Of a stretch of 64,000 nucleotides of DNA, positions 38,948 through 51,634 are shown piece after piece. Every line of letters begins with the position of its first letter. The first letter of the stretch is position 1. The stretch comes from Tubulanus polymorphus (Eukaryota > Animalia > Nemertea): contig NC_134035.1 of assembly GCF_964204645.1 (NCBI RefSeq), positions 12,122,451 to 12,186,450 on the forward strand, written 5' to 3'. The notes under the pieces are model-generated. The model saw nothing but the letters and a program-made list of their open reading frames with translations, was not told the DNA's origin and did not search any database. The translations under genes and the position numbers were made by a program.

Positions 38948-39715
38948 TAGTGTCGGAGATTTTCTATCATATCGTCGCAGCACAGACATAGTGTTTCAGA
39001 CAACAAAGCGTAGATATGGTCATTCAGACAGTCCGGAGGTCCGTCGTGTTATTGCATTTGACCTTGACCTCCAGAGTACGTAGCCGTCACGTGATATAAA
39101 CAAACGGCCGCTCCGTCTAAAAAAAGAATATTGTTTTTGAAATAGGTTTGACATCGCTCAGTACATTGAGTCGAAACTTCACTACTCTCACATTTTTCTT
39201 CGTAAGAGTGTGATTTTCATCACGTGCCGAAATGTTTCGCATAACTAATGATTTACGGCTCTGTATTGAATACATTTTACTCGCAAAATTGATTTGACAG
39301 ATTTAAAATTTTTCTTCTAAACGGTAAATTGTTTATTCATTACATCGTAAACTCATCTATTCAATTCAAATGATTAATTTCGACGGATATTATTCATCTT
39401 TGAATCGCAGCCTGAAGAATAACTGGTTGTTCCGGGCTATAACGCGACCGGCGAAAAAATGTATATTACTCGCTTTCGAGCAATAGACCATTCGCACAAA
39501 ACGGATTTCAATAGAAATCCCTATTCTAAAGAATTAAACCTGTAACCGGCAATGAATGAAGTAGAAATACAGCTATTTGTGACTAATAAGAATTTTTGTT
39601 CGTGTTCGATGCTATTTTTACTATTCAGTCTTTTAATAAATTTTCTTCCGAGAAGGGAATTATTCACAATTCGCGTGGCTGTTTCTCTATGTAAAGACAT
39701 AGCATAGCAAGGAAA

Positions 39716-39773
39716 AGAATTGTCTGGAAATTTCCTGGCCCTCGCTTGCCGCGGCTAGGTAGAACTATAAATA
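39716..39773 (+). promoter_or_regulatory. Heat-shock element plus TATA box
   Basis: aGAAt tGTCt gGAAa tTTCc at 39716-39735 is four alternating nGAAn pentamers with one mismatch. TATAAATA lies at 39766-39773. Confidence 0.65.
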
Positions 39774-39794
39774 AAGCCGGCGCGCTTTCCCCAC

Positions 39795-39940
39795 CGAGAT
39801 AGAGATAGATAGACCAGTAACACACAGACCTGCAGTATACTGGTTAATTCTCGCAGACGTCAGCCGTTCATTATCAGAAGGAAGTGATTCCACAGTACTC
39901 TGACTGATCTAATACCATAACAGTTATTCCTGTATCTAAG
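39795..39940 (+). other. Putative non-coding first exon (start approximate), probably of the sHSP gene
   Basis: Begins ~25-30 nt after the TATA box, contains no ATG, and ends at a perfect donor AAG|GTAAGT (39941). Confidence 0.55.
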
Positions 39941-42049
39941 GTAAGTTCATTATAGAAATCATTTTCGAAACGTCAAATAGATGGACGATATTCTGCATAT
40001 CAAGTGTATTTATTCAGCGAGGGTTTTAACGTTTTTTCGCTGCAACGTTTGTGCTGTTTTAACACACTTTTTGATCGATAATCTCGATCGACGATAGAGC
40101 TGCTGAAAAAGCTTCGAGGTGATGACATGGCAGTCTCTTAGTTGTCGTACAGGTCCGCCAGATGTACGTATACAACCTAATAAGGCACGCAGCAGCAACG
40201 TCTTACCATATTACTCCGCATTCAGACCTACTCTCTCCTTATCCACTGAGGCTGTATTGATATTTCATTCATTGACCAGATACTGAATTGAGAATCATGG
40301 GAATAGAAAGACGATTTTTTCGAAACGAATTTTTTCAGTCAGTTTTACCGATTCGACTGGTATCAGTAAGTCACTCTATAATAATCGTAATGTATAACTA
40401 ATATTTGTCATATATACGAGAAATTGCTAGATCTTAAAAGCCACCTCAAATTGTATGCTCCTTTTCCTAATTACTGAAATTAAGCACTATTTCTCCTATT
40501 GTATTCTATAGTAAATATTTACTGCGTGTATTCAATCAAACGAAATATACACAGTAGATATATACGGTAAATAATATTTTTACAAATCTACTAATGGTAA
40601 ATACAACTCAAGAAATATCTAAGGCTAAACAAAAATGATACCTTGTTTCTCCGCAGCGGCCGGGTCATTTTTGTAAAATATGATAAAATTTATAAACAGT
40701 TCATTTCTATAGCGGCCGGGTCTGTTATGGTAAAATTGATCACGATTTTTAAAAAAGTAATGTATAGGGTAGATAGGCGGCCGGCCGGGTCAACATTTAA
40801 GCTCAGCAGAGCGGAGAAACAAGGTATCAATTTTTTTTAGCCTAAAGTTAAACAGCAATCGCGGTTATCATGTGTCATACTCGGGCGGGGGTGGGGGGGG
40901 GGGTTTGTTTGGTTGATGAAAGCAGAAGGAAAAAGTACATCTAGCGGGAAGGGTGAATCAGGGGTGAAAACGTCGTCATTAATCAATTCCCAGGGATGGT
41001 ACATCCAGATACCGCCTTCTTCTCTCTGTGGGGAATAATTTTCTGTCAAGAGACGTAAAATAAATTTCCCGCTTCGGAAATGAAATTATATCTGAATGGA
41101 AGAAAATCGCAGAAACTGGACAGAACTGGTGATGTTAATTTATCATATACTGTTTGATATATGAACTGTCTGGTGTTGTATTCCCCAGTGAATCGGTCAG
41201 TCCACAAGTCGGCTTATCATCCCGGTTTATCGGTTGATAAAGATAAAATCGATGTTCGGTATAGCGAGGACAGACTCGAGGGGAATTTCGTACAAGCAAT
41301 AAGGGCGTATTTCAATTTATCGGTCGAGTTCATCCCGTATTTCTTAATCCAGCTTCGATGCTCACTGTCCCAAACTGGACAACCTCTTATAGAGTTACAC
41401 AAATACATGTCGAACTGGTTGCACAGTAAAATGTTCAGTAACAGATTATGGGATATCAATCTTATTCCCAATACGACCATAGCCTCTTACAGCCCCCAAA
41501 ATGCTCTAAAATGGTGTTGTAATTTTGTAATGAAAAATTAGACTAATCTCCGTTTGGCCTTTGCTTTTGCTATGAGATTGTTAGTGCTCTTTTTAGCCCT
41601 AAATTTTTGTTTCAATTCTGTCTAGCCCTGACTCTGGGTCCGCCCCTGTTTTTGGTTAGAATTTGAAATGGATATTAGAACTGCACCCTAGATAGCTCCG
41701 AATGAAAATAAAAACCAGATATAAATCAGGATCTGCGTCTGATCTTGCGGCAAATTCGATGTAAATGAACCGTGAGATCGAACGCCGAATCATTTGAGTG
41801 TGTGTGTGGGATTCTATCTGCACACCGTCGCGTTTGGATCGTTGTCCTTCCCCTACCCTCTACACCTGACGGTACACCGAGACCGCGATCAGTTCAGACT
41901 GACCGTAAATTTGAAGTTATTCAGTTCGAATGTTTTAACTCTTGATTCAAATTCTATCTCTGTATTCTAAGTCCAAGACCCGGATCCACAGGTCCTTGAT
42001 TAACTTTTAACTCGGGAGTGATATTCAATCAAGAACGCTTGATATCCAG

Positions 42050-42157
42050 GACCCAGTTCCACAGTTTTGGGTTAGAGTTAACTCTGAGTTAAAGTTAGTT
42101 CATTTTCAATGTTTTAACCCAGAGTCAAATCTTAACTCAGAACTGTGGAATTGGACC
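42050..42157. mobile_element. 108-bp Harbinger-type MITE, copy C, nested in an older related MITE (~41978-42229)
   Basis: CAG TSD; outer ends gacccggatccacag / ctataaaaccgggcc. Confidence 0.78.
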
Positions 42158-45100
42158 CAGGGGCTTACTCAATATAATTTAAGTTAAAACACCCGGGTTA
42201 AGGATGATACCAGTCTATAAAACCGGGCCCTGATTATTAACAATCGGTTGCATCGCTATTTCGGCATCTATACTTTTGTTCACGAACCCAAACAAAATCC
42301 TGAATTGAGAGTTAGTTATCGACGTTTAAAGGGTTAAACTATTTTCCTCTGGCTGAAACACCTGTATCAAATAGAAATAGAAGCGTTTGTCTATTCCCCT
42401 GCTGCTCCTGAGGTGATGAATTAGCCGTTCTATATCAGCTGAGCATTTCTCGAGAAAATACCAAACGTGAAAAACTATTCAAAAATATGTTTACCTTTAT
42501 ATATACAACGAATTCTTTTACACTCAGCGATATTTCTTTTACAGATTTTCTAGATTTCTAGACTTTCCCTTTTTGTACAGATTGAGTTAGCCGACTTTCA
42601 CATTTCTACCAATCGCGTATCTTTAATCCTATATGAGCCCAAATTATGAAATAATATATTCTTCCACAAAGCATAATTTTTCTATGACACTTCAAAAGAA
42701 GCAAACTCTGGCTAGATGTGAACTCTACGAATCGATATGATATCATATCTATGAACCCAAATGCGAAATGATATATTATTCCTCCGAGCATATCCTTCTC
42801 ACAAAGATTATTCGACTTCTCCTAAACTTCAAAGGAAGCAAAATCTGGCTGGATGTTAACTGAAGCGAAATAAATTTAAATTAATCTTAGAATGTCTTTA
42901 TTTAGCGTTAGTTTTTTTATTCTCAGCGATATCATGCAGAGTAGAATACAAATATATCTTACGCTTATTAGATATAGCGACCTTTTGACACTTAGAATAA
43001 ACTCATGAGACCTGTGTCTAATCAGCGGACATATAGTCTGACTATGTGAATGTTAGTAATCGGAGCCGAGTCTGTAAACTTAATCAGTGCAAATCAATTT
43101 CATTAAGGTTTAGATTTATATCGAATTGAATATCAATGTCAATATTGACATTTCTCGTATTAAATGTACTCCTGCTCGTGTTCGTGGTAAGATCCATTGA
43201 TAAGAGTGACAGGACAACGCTTAACCACATAGTTTACCCTGTTCTCCACTTGCGTAAATATTCGAAATAAATAGATTTGTGAAAAATATTTGACCAGCGA
43301 TACACGCGCCTATAGACAGTACGTATACACGGTGTAATGTATTTCAATGCTGCACTACTTGGGAATCTATCTACGTAGAAAGTATAGCAATTTATCCGTA
43401 TATATTCCTGAGATTCCTGCTAGTATTCTATATAGGAAAAATGCAGTCTCTTATCTCGGGGACGATTCAATGGCCCAAACTAATTGAATGTCCCCTCCAC
43501 TCTATTCATAGTTTAGTGGCCCCTCACATAGCCGAGCCCACAGTCTTCGATCGCAAAATAAGTTCATTATCAGTCGAATTTTTAATCTTCCGAATCCAGT
43601 GATTGGTATTGTTTTCATGTAATGAATTTATTTATTTAAATAGTTCATTCGATTTTAACAGCGAACCTGGCGGAACCTTGCTTGCCATAAGTGGAATCCT
43701 CGATTGCCACAGTAGCGTTTTCCACTGGACCTACTCCGTCGGCCGATATTCCCATTTATGGCGAGGTTTCGATCGAGTATATCGTATGCACGGAGAGGAG
43801 GAGTATAATTACTGAACTGATAAGTAAAGTGTATTGAGGCGCGACAGATGGTTAGACATGTCATTAATTCAAACTTAGTCTGTGTGTAATTCACCCATCA
43901 TTACTCATTCCTACTACACTCATACATGCACACATGCAGGATTCCTACTCGGATCCATTCTGTTGTCGGTAAATATAGTTACGTAAGAACGTAACGTATA
44001 ATCATTAATCAAGTTCAGGCAGCTCCGGAAAATTAACCGTGTAACTTATCGTGGATTGCTGCCTGTTTCATTAATGTAATTTACATCATTGGCTCGAAAT
44101 ACTATCGACTGTGTTTACTGACATACCTCACAATCAGCGGAAATAGCATTATCTTTATTCCTATTGTATTCTAGTCGCTAGAAATTAACAGTTTTTAACT
44201 GATGAATTTAGTTTAATCGTCTAGCACAATATTCCAGGCGCTGTATATACCAACAGCTCGTGAACCATAAACGACAATCGAATAAGATCGAACTGATAAT
44301 AAGAACAACAGACTGGTACTGATACATGAATACAGTTATCGTCTAGTTTTCATAGACACTATAGACTGTCTAATTAAAACTTTAAACAAATTCAAAGAAA
44401 ACCCAACAATTATATGTATGAAGAAAAACGTAGAGAGTATCGACGTTTCGACTGAATTAATTGACGACTCGTTTTTAAAGCTGATCGACAACATCGAAAA
44501 TGAGGAATTAACATTGCGAAACATCGTGGTGTTAGAGATACAGTAATAATGATAACATGATAAATAAAAATATATATTTATTTATATTTAAACGCTACGT
44601 CAATGCTGTAGTAATTAGATATGGTAGATATATTTGTCTAAACGGTCGGCGGAAGATAAATAGCGCCGATGTTTGTTTGAAGTGTACCGGTACTATACCG
44701 CCTCCGACGCCGGTACCTTTAGCGGTTCGAGCGGCAAGTTCGGCGCAAAGCCGCCGCTTCCTTTGTGTCGTCGTATCGCTAGCTTTGCGGCGATGCTCTC
44801 TCTTGACGTGGTCGGTAGAACCCGGTTATAAAAGACGATATCTGTAATAAAACCCCCGCAGTCTTTCGGTATATGTATATGTATCGCCAAGAATCCCCGG
44901 GGAAAGAAAGAGGTCATAAAAAGGGTTTTTTTCTAACATCTAAGAACAAGAAAGAATTAGCCATAGAAAATACGGCTACTCAAACGATTTGTTTCATTAG
45001 TCTATTCAAGCTTTGAATTGGAATGACCTTTGTGCAAATTTTCAGAGGATTTACACGTCTCATTAGATATACGTTATTTCTCTACGGAATTTTCGGAATT

Positions 45101-47435
45101 CGCAAGAAACAAAATCGAGTGTATGAAAAAATGTCGTTATCGTTATAGATATCGAACGGCGGTTATTATCGCGAGATTTAACGAGAATTAGCGGCGGTGA
45201 GCGCTGCGCACGACATCGGTTTTAGATATCAGTCAGTCGGGATTCGGTTCTGATTCTTAAATACACACGCCGAAACTCGAGACAATCTATTACGCTATCG
45301 ACTGTCGTGACCGGAGTGCCCGGAGTGCCATCTCCGCAAATTAATATCGACTCGGATTCGACTGGTTGACTGCTACACGCCTGGCTAGCGCTCGTTGCAT
45401 GACGCATCGTCAAAACTCTCCCTCCCTCTCTCTTTAAGACTCTCCTTCCTCTCACTGCTCCCTTCCCCGCATTCTCACCGTCATCCGACCCTGTTACCCC
45501 CCAACCTCCTCTCCAGTCCCTTTCACATTGTCCTCCCCTCCCCTCCCTCCCCTCTTCCTCCATTTTTCACCCAAAGCCAAAGAGCATGTCTCAATTCATT
45601 CAGCCAATCATCTCATTTCAAAGATATTTATACGTCTCATATTCGTCTGCGCGTTTTCTTTTTGACGAAAAGAAATCCGACACGAGACGAGGAGTCACTG
45701 GATGTGAAGTCGTTTGTCTTTAAGAGTCACCGATGCTAACAGTTACGCGCCAGCATACATCAGTATAATCCTCCTCGGTTGTGAAGCAGGATCGTCATAA
45801 AGTTCGCAATTATTTACGACGCAATAGAGAGAGATCGGTGCAGCGATAGCAGGAATTCAGAGTTGGGATTTTGCACGTATGAATTGATCGTTTTCGGCGG
45901 CAACGTTTAATGGATGAAACTGGTTTAATGAGACGCGAATGTTGTCACTTCGACTCTGTTACAGATCCCTGGCCACCTTGCTCGCTCTCCCATTAAGGCA
46001 CACGCAGCTTTCTACCACCGTAGGCTGCGAACGTCCTTTAACTTTGCACGCGTCACGGCGTCTGACGGCGTTTAGTCGTGTTTTTGCGATGCTCTTTGAT
46101 TAGAAACGGATTTTAGCGGCTTCCTTTGTATAAACGAGTCTCGCCTTCATTACTGTACTCACTGTCACGCGCAGCGTCTTCAGGCGAAACTATACTGCAG
46201 GGTCCAGTGGACCTAATTACTGTTTACGATCTACAGTTCCGTGGTCTTATTTCAGTACAGTTTTAAAATCCTCATCGTCAAACTAATGAGCGTTATTATG
46301 CGACGAACTGATACAAGGATATAATTACTAAAGGATTACTTTTAGAAGTGTTCACACGAATCAGTAGTGAGTAAAACAGACTCAATTTGATAAACTTGTA
46401 TAACAAAAAAAACTATTTTATGCATTAAACGTAAACTACATCCTAGGATATCTACAAGTTCGTCCTAAGCATTCGATGTCTCGGTGAACTAAGAGTAATT
46501 TGGATAATCGTAGGAGTCCACCTCGTAGGTCGTCCTGGGTGCCATCGGTCGGTTTTTAAACAACTGTCTTCTAGCTGGTGACAGATAATAGCGAGATATC
46601 CCGGACCTAATCTTCGATATCATAAATGGTAATCACTCGGGGTCGAGACTTCTGAGAAGGAAAGTACATTGACAGGTGAATTGCAGGTGCTTCATCTGAA
46701 CAGACGCGTGACGAGCTGCGTATCAGAACCTCAAATCGACTGACGTCATTGTTCTGCTCGTTCGCTGTCGAAACATTTTCCTAATTTTTTCTACTTCGGC
46801 GTCACATCGATGTCAAAACGATAATTATGACGATTAACTATCGCTAACGATGTTTGCTAAACACCATTTCACACGCACAGCGAAAGCGAGCCGCGCCTGC
46901 GTATAGTGAAATCATCTTCAGTAATTAATCAGTTGCTGACTTCATCGGTGAAGAAAACTCTCTAAATTCTACTCGATACTTTGTGCAAATATCTATCGAA
47001 GGGATTTTCGGGGCGATACCGGACTTTATGAGAGAGAGAGAATACATCAATTTCATCGTGGAACTCGTGGTGGAGCGATATTGGCCGATATCGATTCCGA
47101 GAGCGAGTTAGAGATCGGGAGGAATACATTATAAACATTGAAAGTAGTAAATTATGATGGTTGAACACGATTCCCGATAGTGTAGTGGCGGCTGGTGATT
47201 CATACCCGGCACTTTCATACATCGATCTCGGGATTTGTTGTCAAATTATCCAGATGAATTTATACGCTGTGAATCTAGAGGACATTCAATTATATCATCA
47301 CCACGCTCGACTCGTGCGAGCATCGGCTTACAACTCGTGTGTGTAAAGGCTCCCCGTACATTTAGTAATTAGCTGCGAACCTATCAGTTGCAAGTTATAT
47401 TCTGTGACTGGGACATATTATAATCCTTCGTTACA

Positions 47436-48339
47436 ATGTCGTCCGGTGCTGACAGGAAACTGGCGGATTTGGCGACGAAGTCTACAGCAGAGCGCACTGG
47501 ATCCACCCCTGCAAATATTGGATCTATTAATCCCGCGGGGTGCAATGTCTCTGCAACGAGGTGCATTGGATCGAAACCGATTTACAGCGGATCGACACCG
47601 ACAAACATTGGATCTTCACCTGTGCGCCACTACAATGGATCTAAAACAAATAACATTGGATCAGGTTACAGTGGATCAATGCCTGCGAATATTAGTTCTT
47701 CCTCTACGGGCATTGAATCTAAACCTGCGCGGCACAATGGCTCTGCTGCAACAGGGTGCATTGGATCTAAATCGATAAACAATGGGTCACTGCCTAAAAA
47801 TATCGGGTCGACTCCTTCGAATAACGGATATGTGCCGAACTGTACGTGGGATTCGTCGTCTAGGAGCTCTAGTGATCTTAAAAACGGACATTCATCTCGA
47901 TCAGATTATAAATCTCTTTCTGACACTCAGACCACTGGTTCCAGTCCATCTTATTCGGGATTGTTCAGGAAGGCGTCCGCGGCTAGTGTATCAAGCAGCT
48001 CGGATGGAAAATCTGACTTTGCAAATCGCAGGAAGACAAATGGTTCTCAAACGACCAAAAATAATCTGAATTCGTCCAGATCTCGTTCTAGTTCCAGTAA
48101 TAGATGGTCTTCATCTACGGACACTTCTTCGAGCGGTTTCTCGGCAATGTTCGGATCGCCGAATAGGTCGTCGATGTTCGGTTCGCCTTCGGCAATGTTC
48201 GGGTCGGTGAATGGCTTCTCGACGACGTTCGGTTCAGCCCCGGCATCGTTTACGTCACAGTTCGCCGCTTTAGCCGCACTTCCGGCCAAATATGTGGTGC
48301 GCCGCACAGACGAGGAAATACGCGAAGAGACCAAATGGC
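47436..48339 (+). CDS. Ser/Gly/Asn-rich repetitive coding exon (301 codons); likely an alternative first exon of the sHSP gene, or a stand-alone 303-aa ORF ending at 48347
   Basis: A 900-nt open frame in AT-rich DNA with internal peptide repeats (GSxPxNIGS, SxMFGS). A perfect GTAAGT donor at 48340 is in phase 1, matching the phase-1 acceptor at 53668. Confidence 0.65.
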
Positions 48340-48528
48340 GTAAGTAAAACAAAATAAGATTGCGGAATTTTTCCAAAACAACCAATAGTCAGGTAATTAA
48401 TGAAGAAACAAGCGAAATCCAGACGTCTGGCGATTGAATGAACTTAACTGGTCAGATTTATTTCAATATTGAATGTTTAAATGATTGGTGTTCGTAAATA
48501 TTTACTAATCACTTCACAGAATGCGATA

Positions 48529-48701
48529 ACAGTATTGAGAGCATAGGGGTCACCAGGGGTCGTGGTAGTCAGTATACAGTATTGGGCGCATAGGGGTCAC
48601 CAGGGGTCGTGGTAGGTGCAGTATACAGTATTGAGAGCATTGGGGTCACCAGGGGTCGTGGTAGGCAGTATAAGCATTGGGCGCATAGGGGTCACTAGGG
48701 G
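48529..48701 (+). repeat. Minisatellite, ~47-49-bp unit x ~3.6
   Basis: Unit acagtattgagagcataggggtcaccaggggtcgtggtagtcagtat. Confidence 0.9.
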
Positions 48702-51634
48702 GATCGCTAAATATGATAAAATTACAATTCTATGCATTGTAATATTTTCTCTGTAAAGGTTATTTCTCGCTGTTGCTCTAGGCAGGTAATATCTTATCCT
48801 TATTTCACTGTAAGTAATTTGTTCTCAGACTCTGTTTCGCGATGTAGCAAGTTCAGGTGGTTGTACATGACACGTGGAAGTCTATTATCATCAGACTTTC
48901 TACGACCTTGAAGTCGTGTTTCTCTTCAACAACACCAACAAAAAAACAGAAATGATTTGAAATAGTTTTAACACGTTTAGTGTCGGCGGTGGATACCCTG
49001 GAACTGCTTACAAAACGAATTGGTTTCACGCATTAACAGATATCTATATCAAACATGAAAGGAATGGAAATTATGCATGAAAGAAACAAATTGAATCCAT
49101 TTTAGTTTCAGATTACGCGGACTTTATTTTTATCTTGGGATGATTGACATGATTCGATTTTATGCTAATTTTTGGCGTGTCCCTTACGAAGCCACCAAAC
49201 CTGCTGGGAACGAAACACGGGGTTTGTTTTTGAAATAGGAAATCGAAATACGAATCGGACTTTTGAAGGATTGGGTTCTCGAATTCTATCATTTATATAA
49301 ACTAAAACGTTCACAGAATTTACGAGTTCGTGCAGTGGGACTCGGAGCCACCCTCTCTATTCATGCCGAGTAAATGAGTAAGTGGCCTTGTGGCCTCGCG
49401 CACTCACCCTCCTCTCACCTGTCTACGAGTTTATTTACGTGTTGTTTCCTCATTTAGAAAAAACCGCCAAGGTCTCAGTATACGAAACAATCGAAAACTC
49501 TTAACAATGATTCAGCAACATTGCTGTGGAGGAGTAGAAACAAACAGGGAGGGGGTCGGGGAATTTCAGGGATGAAGTGTTAGGAACTCTTAGTCACTAC
49601 ATGTATCTACGTTTTACCATCGAGGATATCTAACGATAGAGATTTTTCCCCTCTCGTCTCCGCCCTTCCTGTTCCATTATTTCTACGTGCTACGTGGAGA
49701 TCTATTGTTTCCGCATAGTTTTTTCGTCTTCCAAAGTTCGACACAATAAATATCGACTGAGTTTCGGCTGGGAATTTGTGAGATATAAATATCTAACTAT
49801 TCGGCTGCCGGTTATCACCGTTTATCTGAGAGAGAAGCGAGAGAAACTGAAACGATTATCATCGACAGCTTTCCGCTCGATCGGCTCGACTACTGATAAA
49901 ATCAGGTTCATGTACCTCGGAATATCTATAACTGATCGTGTTAGAATACATTACTGAACATACGCAACTATCATCAGAGGTCGGAATAGGAATGTTGTTC
50001 ACTATATGAGAGCTCGTCTCGATCCTGCCTCCTAGGCCTCGCGACGCCTCTCATCTCCCTTATCACGAGTTTGATGGTAAATTAATGAATTTATTCTCAC
50101 TTCAAATAACAATTAAATACAATACATAGATTACAGATTTAGATTACATTAGATACACATTGCACGTGAAGGACACACCTAGAGCCATAAGGTTGTAGGC
50201 TACAGAAGAGCAAAGTGATAATACCCGGCTGCGGATCAATACTGATTCAAAATGTGTGTGATGACCTCGGTTGCAACAGTATTTAACCCACCTACGATTC
50301 CTGGTGGAATACTTTACGAAAAACTATCAAATTTGAAACTTCATTGACTAGAAAATCGAAAAAAATATGAACTATAAGATCTATTTTGATCTATTTTGAA
50401 ATATATAAATCATTTAATTTTCTGACTTGAAAACAAAATGTAACTGAGACTTTCTTTAGTAGCTCCATTCAAGGTTTTTGAAGTTACACTTAAGGGTCTT
50501 GAATTTCCTGAAACTTTACGTACACATTTGTCTTGATAACTAATATATTCACTCGATTCTATACAACTGCGATAAGTAGCTCGTAACGCGAGGATTAGCT
50601 ACCAATAGGTCGCGTACTAGGTGTTAAGTAGCTGCAGGCGCGGGAAATTATACAGAAACGCATGTACGACAACTATACCAATTCATACAACGGCGTTCCA
50701 ACCATTCTCCGAAGAGTGATAATATCTGTAGTATTTCTGCAATATTGTTGTGTCGAAACTGCACCGCGGCAGGCCGGAAATTATTCCAACTTGCTCAATA
50801 TTCAGTGTAATAATGATTCGACTCAAGAGGATTTCCCATCTAAATGCCCCCCTTCGATGGAACGGCCATCATTCGGGAACATTTATTTCAAGAAATTCGG
50901 GAACATTTATTTTAGGAAATACAGTTAATCAAATACAATTAATTAACCATCAGCTTGAGATGGGGGCAAACCCAGTTGGGCAACCCACCGGTCATGCTCC
51001 TTTCCTAGAGATTCGGATTCAACGCAATGGGCGCCAACATCACACGTCCACGGAGCAAACCATTTTGATGTCCACGTTGTCCTTTCAAAGCCTCTACGGA
51101 CGCCGTGCGTGTGTTTAACTATTATATACATGTACATATTTTTCTTAATACACATTGCTTTATCTCTGTAAAAGCGAGCGAAACCTGTAGTTTCCCTTCT
51201 CTCACTGACAGACAAATAATAATACAAGCTGAAGGCTCAGAGGTATTTTAAACATTTTCCGCTGGTTTTTATTCCGGCAGCTACTTGCCGCACAGTCAGC
51301 CGCCTCCGTGCTTTTACTGGCGGTGTGTGTAGGATATACATCCGACAGACACTTACTTACAGACAACGAAACAACATCACTCAGTCAGTCAGCCATTCGG
51401 GATATCTTATATATGTGACGTAAATATCTCAGACATATTGTGTAGAAAACAACTGTTTGGAAATGTGGATTTTTTCTCGCCGATATCGAAACCTATTTTT
51501 GAATACGATTACGTAAAGTTATACGCGGCCGATCATTGGATATAGATTGTGGATTAACGGGAATTCATTCTCTGGTGCAGAGTTGTTAAAAGTTTTTAAA
51601 AGAATTTTTTTGATTTCAAACGGACACTAACGAG

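Noticed and set aside
41161-41541. Overlapping 126-aa (+) and 87-aa (-) ORFs
   Set aside because: No recognisable domain or splice support; possibly a decayed transposon, but I cannot support a call.
48529-48701. Regularly spaced repeats resembling a CRISPR array
   Set aside because: The units are contiguous with no unique spacers, the context is eukaryotic and there are no cas genes; it is a minisatellite.
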